DNA of 64,000 nucleotides from Azolla caroliniana (Eukaryota; Plantae; Polypodiophyta), in NCBI GenBank assembly GCA_043228905.1, contig JBHGNT010000005.1:14198001-14262000 (forward strand), written 5' to 3'. The notes beneath the pieces are model-generated. The model did not search any database, had not been told where the DNA came from, and saw only the letters and a program-made list of their open reading frames with translations. Below are positions 13,211 to 26,312 of the stretch, piece by piece. Position 1 is the stretch's first letter. Each line of letters opens with the position of its first letter. A program made the position numbers and the translations under genes.

Positions 13211-16200
13211 TGTCAGGAATAGTACTAAAACATAGAGAGAATTAGTACTAGAGAAGGGAAGTACTATTAGTACTAAGAGGATGGGACTGCGTAAGACTCC
13301 CGAGAGGGAGGAAAGAGAAGAGAAGAGAGAGAGAGAGAGAGAGAGATTGTGAGGACGAGAGAGAGAGAGATGATGATCACAGATGATATATTATAGGAAG
13401 AGTACGTACAAGATGGCTATGAGGGTTAAGACTGGCGTTGAACCAATTTGGTTCAAAACAATGCCTTGTGCCTCCTTTTATAGTGCTCTCAAGAGTAGTC
13501 CAGAAGCTTCTAGAATGTTCTAGAGAAATTTGGAATATACATTAATTTCCTATAATAAAACATAAATTAAAATAATATCCTACAAATTACAATAGATGGT
13601 GTGATGGTTAAGCGCTCGACCCATATACCATAAGGTCATGGGTTCGAGTCTTGCCATATCATGACACTATCCCCCCTTAAGACGACGAGTGGAACGAGTC
13701 GACGTTGATTGAGGACCGGGTTTGTCGGGATACTGTCGGTGAAAATCAGCAAGAAGATTCGGAGCATTGGCGACATGCTCGACGGGCTCCCAAGTACGTT
13801 CGCTCGGACTATAGTCGAGCCAATCGACCAAATAATAAAGTCTGTTGTGAGCAAATTTGGAGTCGAGGATGGCAGCAACTTCATACTCCGGGCCAACGTC
13901 TAACTCAAGTGAGGGCGGCGGTGGTGTAACACGATCAGGAATAGTGTTTGCTTTATAAGGTTCAAGAAGAGAACTATGGAAGACCGGATGTATCCGAAGA
14001 TCAAGGCGGAACGTGACATCATTAACCTTACAGTAATACAGAAAGGACCGAGTCGTCGATAATCCAACTTGTCGCACGGTCGAGTAGTCTTGATGTGACG
14101 ACGTAAAAGCCATACTCGATCTCCGATGGCAAAAGAGGAGGGAAGCCGATGACGATCCACGTAAGTCTTCTGTGTCTATTGAGCATGACGAAGATGAGTA
14201 GAGAGATCCATCTAGATCTTGCGTAGTCTCTCCAAATGATCCTCGGCACGAGGATTGGTAGGTAGCTCCGGGGTGTCGATCACCGACCAGCAAGGATGAG
14301 AACCGGTATATGCGTAGAATGGGGAGACTCGTGTCGAGGAGTGAACAAAATTATTATACGCAAACTCCGCAAAGGGGAGAATCTCGGCCCAATCGTCTTG
14401 TTGATAACTCAAGAAACACCGGTGATATTGCTCCAACGTTTGGTTTGTTCGTTCCGCTTGCCCATCGGTCTAAGGATGGTAGCCGGACGAGAGGTTGCAA
14501 GAGACCTTGAGCATCTTGAAGAGATGCTACCAAAATTTGGAGACGAATTGTGGTCTTCGGTCACAAATGATACTGTCTAAGAGGCCATGATGCTGAGATA
14601 CCTCATGCATGACAAGGGCGGCGGTTTCCTCGCTAGAGATGGCCTTAGTACACGGCACAAAATGTGCCATCTTCATATATCGATCGACGACGGTTAAGAT
14701 AACATCGAACCCCTTCGAGACCGGCAGATCTGTGATAAAGTCAAGACAAATAGATTGTCACGGCTTACTTGGAATTGGTAAGGGTTCCAACAAGCCATAT
14801 GGATGGTGTCGTGGCATCTTTGCTCAGCAGCAAACATCACAGGTTCGAACGTAGTCTTCGACAAAACGTCGCATATGGGGCCGCCAAAAGGATCGTTGAA
14901 CTAGATCCAACTTCTTAGTGCTACCGAAATGTCCCACCATATGGGTGTCGTGACAACTTTGGACGATTTGAAGGCAACAGGAGCAATCGAGGACATATAC
15001 AAGCTTTTTAAAGAATAACAAACCATCATGATATTCGAATTAGCGGTAGTCCATACCTGGTTGTTGAGATTGGGAACAGGATGCCCGAGAGGTATCAATG
15101 TGCGCCAGAATGTCTTGAGCAAAATTGTTCGTCTTCAAGTTCGCACATATGGTGTCGGTAATCTGGGAATCCATTGGGGTGTGAAAAATCCGCGTTGTGT
15201 GCAATCGTGTTGGTCCCAAGATTACTTGCTTTTAATTATTGACCATTGGATCACTAGGACGAGGTGCAAGATATGAACGCGGTGATAGTGCATCTGCCTC
15301 TCCTTGCTGCTTCCCTAGACGATCTGCGATTTTGAAATCAAAACGTGTGAGGAATTGAGTCCACTAGCTTGTCGTTGATTTAGCACACGAGTGTTCTGGA
15401 AATAAGAAAGATTCTTGTGATCACTGAGGACAATGACCTGATGTGGAGAGCCCTCCAAAAAATGCCGCCATTGCACAAATGAATCCACGATGGCTAATAA
15501 CTCCTTGTCATGTATTTCGTAGTTGATTTCCACAACATCGAATTTGCGCGAATGGAAAGCCACAGGATGTAACTCTTCTTCATCTCCTTGTTGAGAAAGG
15601 ATGCAACCGAGGGCGAAATCTGATGCGTCGGCCTCCATGATGAATGGTTTGCTTGTATCCACATGAGCTAGAATAGGTGCTAATGTAAAGGCTTTCTTAA
15701 GATGCCGAAAAGCCATGTCCGCTTCATTGGACCAAAGAAATGCTTGTCCCTTCTTCGTAAGTTGTGTGAGAGGTAAAATAACCTTCGAGTAATCTTGTAT
15801 AAACTTGCGGTAGAAGTTAGCAAAACCTAGAAAACATTGTATATCTCGTACTGACTGTGGAATTTTCCACTCTAGCACAGTTTGGACTTTAGCTGGTTCC
15901 ATGGAGATGCCCTTTGAGGAGATAACGTAGCCTAGAAATTCCACTTGCTTGCAGTCAAAGCTACATTTTTCTAGCTTGGCATAAAGACCATTCTCGCGAA
16001 GTCGGTTTAGTACTAATAGTACATGAGAATCGTGCTCAATAGATCATCCAGATAGATGATCAAACAGATATCCAAGAGGTCTTTGAATATATCATTTGCC
16101 ATGTGTTGGAAGACTGCGGGTGCATTGGTTAGACCGAACGGTAGAACAATATATTCGAAATGCCCATACCGCGTGCGAAAGGCGGTCTTCCATTCATCTC

Positions 16201-18880
16201 CCGATCGGATCCACACGAGGTTATACGCTCCTCGTAGATTGATTTTTGTAAAAAACTTGGCACTATTAACTCACTCTAAAAGACTTGATATAAGAGGAAG
16301 TGCATACCTATTCAGGATGATGACCTTATTTAAGCCGCGGTAATCAACGACGAGACGAAGTGAGCCATCTTTCTTCTTGACAAAGAAGATGGGTGCTCTG
16401 GCTGGAGATTTCAAATGACGAATAAACCCGCTTGCCAAGTTCTCCTCTATGTAGGCTCGAAGGACTTCTAACTCGGTGGGTGACAAGTTGTAGATTGGTC
16501 CCCATGGTGGCTTTGCTCCTGGTTGTAAATCGTAGGGACGATGATGAGGAAGAGTACCAGCTTTTACCTTCTCAAATACGTCGGCATAAGGATGATATTT
16601 TGCCGGAAGTTGCACTAAGGATTCCTCCTTAATATTGTTGGAAGGATGTACTGATATGGCAAATAGGAACATTGCCTCCTTGTGTCCTTCTTCGCGTAAT
16701 TGACGTAGTGAAATGGTCGAAACTCGATTAGTAGATTCTTGGTGTTGTCGATGTCGGACTTCACTTGTTCTCCAATCTATGTCTAGATTATGTAATTCAA
16801 ACTAAGGTAATCCCAGGACAATGGGATGCTCTAGACTACTAATTATATTAAATGCTACTACACACACAAAACTACCTAGGACAACTTGAATGGGTTCTGA
16901 CTCTTCTACAATATTCCCATAAGCAATGGGACGACCATCAATGACTACTATAGATGCAGGGCAAGAAAGTTTTCTAAAGGCTATCTGAGAAGCTTGGGCA
17001 AAATTTCGATCCATGAAACAGGAATGAGCTCCGGAATCTAGAAGTGCTAGGACGTGTACTGGGGGAGTACCTTTAGTACTAACCATGACTTGGGCTAGGA
17101 ACACATTGCTAACTTGCTTTGAGGTAATGGAACCACTAATGGGTTGTACAAATCTAGGGTTGTCCAACCAAACGACTCCTATTTTGGCTGGACTCAATCG
17201 TTTAACTCTTCATCTAATTGACTAAGGATTCCAAATTTGTTTGAGATACTTGGGCTATTAGTAATACTATGAAACACTCTATTAGTACTATTAATACTAT
17301 CAGACACTCTTAAGGGAAGAATTGACTCAGGTTTAGTACAGGCTATGATTTGATTTACCTGTCTTCTCGGCCTATGGGGACAATTGATTGCGATATGCCC
17401 TGGTCCACCGCAATAAAGATATAATTGATTTGCACATTGTCGTTGCTTTTCTTCTTCTGATAACGGGCCACGTCGACGCATGGTGTCGATCTCCATCGAT
17501 GTCAGAGTATTTGCTTGAGGTATGTCTCGTGCAAACGGTTTAGCTGTGACTGAGGCGTAAGTGTGCACCGGCCTAGAGCGTGGTATCAGTAATTGATGTT
17601 CTGAACTCCGTTTGAAAAGGCGGTTGTCACATTGGACTGCTCGACTGATTGCCTCCGTAAGAGACTTTGGTTCTTCGGGGAATATTAGAAGTAGATCTTT
17701 GACATCGTTTCGCAGGCCATAGCGAAACTGCTCTATTAGTGCCTGATCATCCCAGGGGATATCTGAAGTGAGTAGACGAAAATCCACCGCGTAGGCAGAG
17801 GTTGGACGATCGCCTTGACGCAATCGTTGGATTTTGTTGATCGTCGTCCGGATGTTGTCTGTATCTCCAAAGCAAGCTTTAAACTCACTAATAAAGTCTT
17901 CAAAGTTATTAAGGGTGATTGTTTTTCCAGAAGCGGGGCAAACCATGCCAAGGCTGAGCCGCTAAGCAACATGCCTATTAGGCCGACTCAGGATGCATCA
18001 ATGGGGTATCGAGATGGATGCATTTGAATGACTAAGCGTACCTGATTGAGGAATCCCCTAAATTGCAATCGCGTTCCATCAAATTTCACAGGAAGTCCAA
18101 TCATGGGCTCTTTATCAAATCAGTGGGGACTTGATCCTTGTTGTTGCAACTCTGCTTCGAGTTGTTGCAGACGTAACGCTGACTCCCCATGTTGCTGTGG
18201 CAACTCCCCATGTTGTTGTTGCGTTTGCTGTTTTTCTAGGGCTATTTGTGGAAAATCCCCTAACAACCATTGGTTTTCTTGTTCCAAGGCAACAAATTTT
18301 CTTTTAGACACTGTAGCTCGGAGAAAACGGATTGGTATTCTTGAGCACTAACAGAAGCCATTGTATAGAAAAAGGATAAGAGGATGAGGGAAACCAAAAG
18401 AAAGATTAAAGAGAAAATTGGTTCAAACTGTCAGGAATAGTACTAAAACAGAGAGAGAATTAGTACTAGAGAAGGGAAGTACTATTAGTACTAAGAGGAC
18501 AGGACTCTGTAAGACTCACGAGAGGGAGGAAAGAGAAGAGAAGAAAGAGAGATAGAGATGGTGAGGACGAGAGAGAGAGAAAGATGATGATCACAGATGA
18601 TATACTATAGGAAGAGTAAGTACAAGATGGCTATGAGGCTTAAGACTGGCGTTGAACCAATTTGGTTCAAAACAATGCCTTATGCCTCCTTTTATAGTGC
18701 TCTCAGGAGTAGTCCCGAAGCTTCTAGAATGTTCGAAAGAAATCTGGAATATACATTAATTTCTTATAATAAAGCATAAATGAAAATAATATCGTACAAA
18801 TTACAATAGATGGTGTGATTGTTAAGAGCTCGACCCATATACCATAAGGTCATGGGTTCGAGTCTTGCCATATCATGACA
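13211..18880 (-). mobile_element. Full-length but decayed Tcn1/sushi-like chromovirus
   Basis: LTRs 13211-13666 and 18429-18880 (TGTCA...TGACA). Degenerate TSD GCCAG/ACTAG. PPT (rc of CTATCCCCCCTT) at 13667. gag, PR, RT, RH, IN and chromodomain (YEVAAILDSK...WEPVEHV) fragments with many stops and frameshifts. Confidence 0.95.
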
Positions 18881-20382
18881 ACTAGCAGCAAACAAGCGCA
18901 CAAACAGGCCAAGACGGCCACAAAATTGTGGTAGGCTTCGGAAAGCCGAGCTTCAACAATGACTCAAAGAAACCAGGCAAACAAACCCTCTCAGCCTTCC
19001 ATCCCCTGCTTCCAACCATGTGGATGTATCCACACAAAACGAGGACACAACTGATTCGGTGTCAACCACTGAAACGGTTGAGGTCCGTCCACGGAGCTCG
19101 CGGTGCAATCGACGATCGCTGGGAAAGCCAAAGAGCGTTATGAAGTGGCTAAAGCTGAAGCCAACCAAATCCAAGAGCAAGCAGCAAAACATGAAGTTGA
19201 ACTCCAAGAACGGCTCGACGCACAGACAACGGAGCTCCTAGAAACTAAAGACAATGCCGCGTTGGCTCTTCGGGCATGCTTCTATGGAGAAAATACATGA
19301 GATTGAGGAAGGGTACCAACAGGATGTGGCCATTTCAAATGGCCAACTCATCAGTCTCCAAAATGAACACACGGAACTCCAAGAAAGCTTTAGCCGGCAG
19401 CTTCAAATGTTGGAAGAAGCAGTGCAAGACAAATACATATTGTCGGAGTCCCTCCACAAGCTACAAATCTCTGTGACACAACACCAAGAACGAGAGCACG
19501 AATGGTATCTGCAAGAGTTAGTCACGAATTCAGATCGGCTCCTATGATGCCACGACCAACATACAGAAGGTTACCGCGTCGCTCAAAATCATGAAAGTCA
19601 AGCTTGTGATTGATGCCGCAACTGCTAAAGAGGAACTTGACATCCTATGTGCCAAATTTGAGATGGACAAAGCATAAGTAAAGGCACTAGTTGCAAAGCA
19701 TCAGATAAAGTTGAATTAGAAGGTCGACGGGGCACTAGCTCGCAGATGGAAAGAATGTTCGGCTCAAGCAACCAAATTGCAGGTCTTCCGAGCATATGCC
19801 AAAAATCGGAAAGAAGAGGGTCACGGTTTTCAGAAGGTGGACAAGAATAGCATTCAGATCCTCCACAAAGACTTCACCGAAGAATTCCAAGCTTTGGCTT
19901 GAACACACACCACGACCATCAGAAACCTCCTAGAAGAATTTAACAACGATCAACTACTGCTCATGATTGAAACATAAGGTTATGAGCATGCACGCCTCCA
20001 AACTGAAAACAAAGTAGAAGCCATGACACAAGCCTGAACAGGCAAGATGAACACGGAAGCAGCCCAGAAGATGAAAGAAGAAAAGGTGATGCGCTCGGGT
20101 TCGGAGATGGAACAAGTGGTTGAACAAACCACGGAGCCAAAGAAGGAGGAAGTGGCTACGGAAGCTATAGAGCAATGGCTACATTTGTCGGCCGAGTTCC
20201 ATGCGGCTGAGCCAAAACAAGAGGAGGCGACTCAAGAGCTGGCAGAGTCGAATGGCATCACATAGATTTTGGAAGAGGACTGAGTGTACAATAAACTTTG
20301 TTCTTTTAGAGAAAAGTATGTGTGATTTCTCGATTTCATTTTTTGGAACGATTTTGTTTTTGGGTTTGACGTGGAAGGCATT

Positions 20383-20399
20383 GTCCCACAGGCGTGACA
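20383..20399 (+). other. tRNA-Arg 3'-end-like sequence (inverted PBS) at the PPT position
   Basis: GTCCCACAGGCGTGACA + GG + TG of the LTR. Same motif at 57792-57808. Confidence 0.7.
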
Positions 20400-20909
20400 G
20401 GTGTTATCCGTGGGACAAAAGGCATGAGGTGTGCAACGAACCTTAAAGAGACGAGTAGGTCAAGTATGAAAAAGGGAATAGCCCCGAGCACTGGCAGCCG
20501 AGGAAGGTAGAGCGAAATACATGGAGCCAAGCATAAAGGTCGTGAAATTAAGAGGAAGTAGGTGAATCACACCAAGGAGAGAATAGACTATATAAATCAT
20601 GGAACAACAAAAGGAAAAAGAGAGTGAATATATGCATATGTTATGATCTAGAAGAGATAGAGAGAGTGGCTAATATAATTGGCCTGTGTTGCCTTGTAAT
20701 CGATTATATCTAGTAATCAATAGACATACTTTTTGGTTCATCTCTGCATCTATTTCATCTAAATTTCAACTTTCAATTCTGTTATTCCTAAGACGTAAGC
20801 TGAAAGCCAGTTGTGGCCGGCTATCGTGCAACTGTTTGGCCTACTCGGCCTATTGTAGTCCGCTACGCAACAATGATTCCTTGACCCGATTACTCAGGGG
20901 AGTAATCAA

Positions 20910-21345
20910 AGGTGTTTCTCCAAGAAGGAGACAACAGTCACACTTCGGAATGCATCTCACAACTCTCGCATGTCGTCACGAAGTGGTGCATGATGCGCTA
21001 CATTCCCGGCCACCAGTACCTCTCCTTGAACTTTTCAAATATAACCCACGTTGTCCAATGCCCAGACTAGGGAGTCTTGTGGAACTCTGACATCAACATT
21101 GATTGAACCTCTATCCACGTCATCAACCGGAGTGGTGTGTCATTCCGCCTCTCCAAAAGCTGCCATATCTTACCGTCTCGCAAGAACTTGTAGGCCTTCT
21201 TCCGGATTCGACTAGCCTCTCCCTTCGTCCATGCTGCGTTCGGCGCCATCGTGATTAGGAACCTTCCTATTAGAAGCCATTTCCTGTCGTAGTTGTTCTC
21301 GTTTTTAGCCGATCGGCTATAGGGTCAGAAGGTTGGAATCAAACA
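20910..21345 (-). pseudogene. Gypsy RNase H/integrase linker remnant (Trp-PBS lineage)
   Basis: WTKGEASRIRKKAYKFL...LMSEFHKTP resembles 44640-44900. Confidence 0.65.
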
Positions 21346-21347
21346 AG

Positions 21348-24300
21348 TGTGAAAGGGTCGGAGTCGACAATGTTCGAGAGTATAGAAGAGTCAGAATTAG
21401 ATCGACGTATTTATTTTGGTCAAGTAGGAAAAAAAAATTATTAGAATTAATTAAACAGTTTTGTGTTAGTTCTTGCCTAATTTAGGCAAGTGTAATCTTG
21501 GAAATAGACTCTCTGTTTTACCTATAAAAGAGGGACTGAAAGTATTGTAAATCTATCATTCTATTTTGGAATTAATATAAGTTATTAGTTAGAGTATTTC
21601 TGTGTCGGCAATATCGTTGTGCATTGTTATTCCTAGTGTCAATTTATGGTTTGCTATGCTTACTAAGTAATTATATTAAGACCAATTTGTCCATCAAGGT
21701 TACCTGATTAGCAAGTTCTATTTGTTGATTAGTTCTTCTATCCATCCTTTTACCACAATCATCTTGATACAACGTTTTGGATCGGAACGTTCGACCTATT
21801 GTGTCGGCTACATACAACAATCGAGTGTCAACTAAATAGCACAATAATTTTGGCACGCTCGGTTACATCTACAATAGGCAGAGAACAAGGTGGAATAGAA
21901 GTCGTCTAGTCTGAAAACACCTGTCGGCCGTAAATGTCCTCGCACATGAGCAGAGTCTCAACGTGTAAGAGAAGGTATTGCTAACAAGTTCGAACATAGC
22001 CATGAATATCAGCAACAAGATGATGGGGAGTGGAGTAGAATTCCGGATTTAACAAATAATCATTCAGACAAGGAGTAGTTTGATCAAAGTTCTTTTGACA
22101 TTTGGGGAGACGACACTATGCGTTACCCTTACTCGAAATATCGAGATGACGTCAAGGAGGAAGCGCCTATAAGAGATTTCCTGACCACATGGGAGGTGAA
22201 CCATGTGGCATAGCAACTGTTGGTAGCAACCGAGGAAAAATCAATAGCTGAATTCATCTTATCACTTGATGGTCCATCGGCAAATTAGTATGGCTAGGAC
22301 GGGCAAAAAGCATTCGACTCATTTGAACAATTAGCTGCGAAATTCACACAATTGTTTCATCGGTAGATCCCAATTCTATGCGGCCTATCAGGAGTCACAT
22401 GAAATGGTATCGCAATTTCTGATTAGATTTTAGAATTTAGGACTCCAAATTTCATGCCCAATTCCAAAAGAGGAATTGAAGGATATTTTCCTGGAGGCTA
22501 TACATGAAAATCTTCGAACAACTTTAGTAGTGTTCAATTTCAAGAATCAATCACTGGAGCAAGTGGTAGATAAAGCTCTAGCAATGGATCAGACACACAA
22601 CAACACAAGTATGAACATGTCGACATTACACTGGAATTTACCTACATTAGAAGAGTTTGGATTCACGTAACCTATTTAGTGTACTACCTACCTCAACACA
22701 AGGCATTCGACAATAGAGTGTAGTCTATGCAATCATTGTACGATTTGCCATTCCAAAGCTCATTCAACCGAGCAATGTGAATATAATTTGCTCAATAAAA
22801 AAACCGCACCGGTTCATCAATTTCATCCTGAAGATAATTATCAGGAAAATAAGAATCGGTCGCATGACGATGATCGATCAAAATATGATGACCGGTATCA
22901 ATCAGAGCGGCGAGATGATAACCAGCCGAATGATAGTCGTTGAGAGGATAATCGGAGAGATGATTATCGACGTAGTGACTATCGGCATAATGACCGATAT
23001 GATGAGGATTGTCAAGATGACTACAAAGGGATAGTCGAAATAATTATGATCGGGACTACTCACCTCGACGAGAAAACAATAGCCAACAACCCTACAGGGG
23101 TAGTCGCTATCAGGACGACTAAAGGTCCAATAAATATAAATGAAATGAGGATAATCCACCATCAAATCGTCGATTTAATGACAACCAGAAGCCGAAAGGG
23201 TCTCGTCAATTTCAACATGATTCAAGAGACAGGGATAATTCTGAATCTAAGCATGTTCATCGACCACAATATGAACGTGGAGAATATAGTGGCTCATCAG
23301 TTCCAAATTGCTACATATGCAAAAAAAGATGGGCACTATGCAAATAAATGCCCAACAAAAGATAAAGGGAAGGCACTGATAGTAAATATGGTGGTACTAG
23401 AAATACAATATGTAACCACTTGTAGTAAAGGAAAAAAATCGGAGTGGGAGGTGCAAGAAGCAGTACGAAAGGCGGCTAAGGAATGGGTTTAGGAAGCCAA
23501 CAACAATAATTTTGTCAGAATGATGTAGGACAATGCGACATCCACTAATGCGCAACCGGTTGGACAGTCGGCACCAAAAATGTAATTGGAAGATGAAGAA
23601 ACATGGAAAATCTTGGGAGATTGCCAAGTGTCATTACCTTTGGCGGGGTTATTAAAATTAGTGCCCAAGTTCACGGAGAAGGTCTCAACAATTATTGTGC
23701 AAAATTGGGCCGAAAAAGTGTCGGTTAATTACAGCAATCAGATCACCGGACTAACAATAATGGATGAACAGAGTCCATCAATAAAAGTAGTAATTCGGGG
23801 TCAGGAAGTCATCGACACTATTGTACACGATGGATCAGGGGTAAACGTGATTAATAAGATCACATGTGATCACCTCGGAATTACTAAATGGGACACATGT
23901 CCTTTCTGGTTAAGAATGACCGATACAAGTACAATCCAGCCATTGGGTCTAATTCGCCAATTAGATGTCATTGTGGGGGGTCACACTTTCCAGATTTCGG
24001 TTGTAGTGCTTGATTTAGATGCACCCGGTGCATATCCGGTACTGACTAAATTCGAACTATGCTATGAAAGTCAAGGAGGAAATCGACAAACTCCTCAAAG
24101 TCAGTTTTATTCGACTAGTAAAAAAGGCCACTTCATTAAGTACAATTGTTACAGTCATACCCAAGAAAAATGGAAAGATCCGAGTATGTGTCGACTATAG
24201 GAAGCTGAATGTGGCCACAATAACAGATGCATTTCTTGTCCACACCTATCTACACATAGTTGTAAATGCTCGAAATGATCGGCTTTTCTACTATATACGG

Positions 24301-24827
24301 CAAAATCATCAACGAATACCTCCATAAATGCACGGATATAATCAATGAAAATTTCCTGAATAACTCTCTGAAATGTCGTCAGAGCTGTTTTCAACCCGAA
24401 CATCATTACTACAACAACAAATACTCCCCATTCCGTGACAAATGGTGTTTTTTCCTGATCTTCTAGGTACATTCGAACATGATTATAACCACTAAAGCCG
24501 TTCAAAAAGTTGTAAATTTCGTGACCTTGCACCACATCCAAAACTGGGCGACTTAGTCTCAATCTTAGTAAATGTGCATTCGGAATAACCAATGGTATGT
24601 TGGAGCCGAACTGGTACAGACCAGTCTACTACGCGAGTCGGAATCTCTCAACGACTAAACGAAATTACTCAAGAACTGAACGCGAGGCTCTCAGGATGAT
24701 ATATAATATCAATAAATTTGGTCACTACTTGTTAGGTTGGAAATTCACATTTCATGTGGACTATTTAGCATTATTATATTTAGGGTCCAAATAGGAATTG
24801 ATAGGAAAACTGGCCCGATGGACATTG
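21348..24827 (+). mobile_element. 5' half of a non-chromovirus Gypsy element: LTR, tRNA-Arg-type PBS, decayed gag/PR/RT/RH
   Basis: LTR ~21348-21843 (TGTG...CACA, CTATAAAAG). PBS TGGCACGCTCGGT at 21851. Protease in 23586-24040. RT start KVKEEIDKLL...VCVDYRKLN matches the element at 8860. RH fragment 24597-24794. Confidence 0.8.
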
Positions 24828-25982
24828 TGTGAGGAATAGCCTCGGCCACAACCGAGACTCAAACACTTTATGAAAGAACAAAATAGAAATGCAGGTTCGT
24901 ACACTTACACAGAGGAGACGACCCACAATGTTTACGTGGAAAACCCTAATAGGGAAAAACCATGGGAGCCCATAGACCCCAACTACCACTATCTGAGAAA
25001 GGAGGTACAAGAGGAGACTCACAGGCAACGACCTCAAGCTCTGTATCTTCGCCAACTGGCGGCTTCACTTCTCTCTCCCTCTCTCTGTACAACTATCATA
25101 CAACTAACAACTACATCTAATCTTACAAAGTGATTGCCCTAAGTCATATTTATACTTTAATGACTTTAAGACTATTTACAAATATAGCCTTTACAAGAAC
25201 ACCAGAAACATATTTGCAGATATGTCCCTGGATCCGGTTCACACCGGATCCATCCGGATATCTCCTGGTCCGGTCCGGTTGTTGCATCCGATCCAGTTCC
25301 TTCCTTCATCTCTTCTGATCCGGCTCCTCTAGTTCTCATCCAGATCCCATCTGGAGGGACTGAATTCCCAACAAACCCCTTCACTCCGTTCAAGGCCTTC
25401 TTCAAATTTCTGATTTTGGTTTGGTTTGGTCCGACGATCAACATGTCATTCACATATAGCATGAGTATCAGGAAGTCTCCTTCGTTGAAATTCTTCACGA
25501 ATACGCAGTGGTCAACTTGCGTCTTGTGGTACCCTTGATCGATCATGAAGGAGTCAAAATTCCGGTACCATTGCCAGAGTGCTTGCTTAAGTCTGTATAG
25601 GCTCTTCTTCAACCGGCACACTAGGTGCTCCTTCCCTTTCTTCTCAAATCCTTCCAGTTGGTACATGTAGATCTCCTCCTCGAAGTCCCCGTGGATGAAT
25701 GTCGTCTTAACATCGAGTTGTTCAACCTAGAGGTCCATGCTTGCTGTTATGCTCAACACCATCCGGATGGATGTCATCTTTTCTACGGGGGCAAAGATCT
25801 CATCGAAGTCCACTCCTTTCTTCTGCTGGAAACCACGATCTAAGCCTTATACCTGTCAGGAACTCTATTAAGGCAGAGAAGGAATTAGTACTAAAAGAAG
25901 GATTAGTACTATTGTTGGGGAATAGTACTAAGACAGAGAAGGATTAGTACTATGAGAGGTGTCGAACTTTGAGAGAAGGAAT

Positions 25983-26030
<48 letters not shown>

Positions 26031-26312
26031 TGATGCGAAAGATATATGTATTATATGACGGAAGATATACAACAGTAGTTAGAAGGCTTAAGACTGGCGT
26101 TGAACCGATTTGGTTCGAACTAATGCCTTGCGCCTCCTTTTATAGTGTCTTCAGGAATACTCCCGAAGTTTCTAGAATGTTCCAGAGAAATCTGGAATAT
26201 ACATCAATTTCCTAATAAAACCTAAATGAAAATAATATCCTTCAAATTACAACTCATAACCTAATGGTAAAGTCTCGACCCGTGTAACAAAAGGTTATGG
26301 GTTCGAGTCTAG

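Larger units (their letters stand above)
11287..20283 (+). pseudogene. Extra 3' ORF of the Gypsy element (homologue of 55028-57763), split by insertions at ~12351-12808 and 13211-18880
   Basis: Translated segments SAKAYHTQ...KKAGIIITAYKDDALNWGIITG, NRKEEGHGFQKVDKNSI and the terminal ILEED* align with the ORF at 55028-57763. Confidence 0.75.
8860..20908 (+). mobile_element. Decayed non-chromovirus Gypsy element (RT, RNase H, IN, extra 3' ORF, 3' LTR), interrupted by two insertions
   Basis: RT remnant (KKNGKLRVCVDYRKLN, ~9055), RNase H (9701-10015), IN (YYPQANG, 10293-10586), extra ORF 11287-20283 and an LTR starting TGTTATCC at 20402 with plus-strand TATATAAA. The LTR right end is approximate. 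Confidence 0.8.

Noticed and set aside
26077-26121. Second A/B-box pair (TAGTTAGAAGG...GGTTCGAACT) near the chromovirus TSS
   Set aside because: Spacing is short (~35 nt), the B box is not conserved in the older family (GGTTCAAAAC), and it is explained by the inverted repeat around the self-primer.
25985-26215. MRERERE... ORF (also 31287-31511)
   Set aside because: Translation of the (GA)n microsatellite in the LTR.
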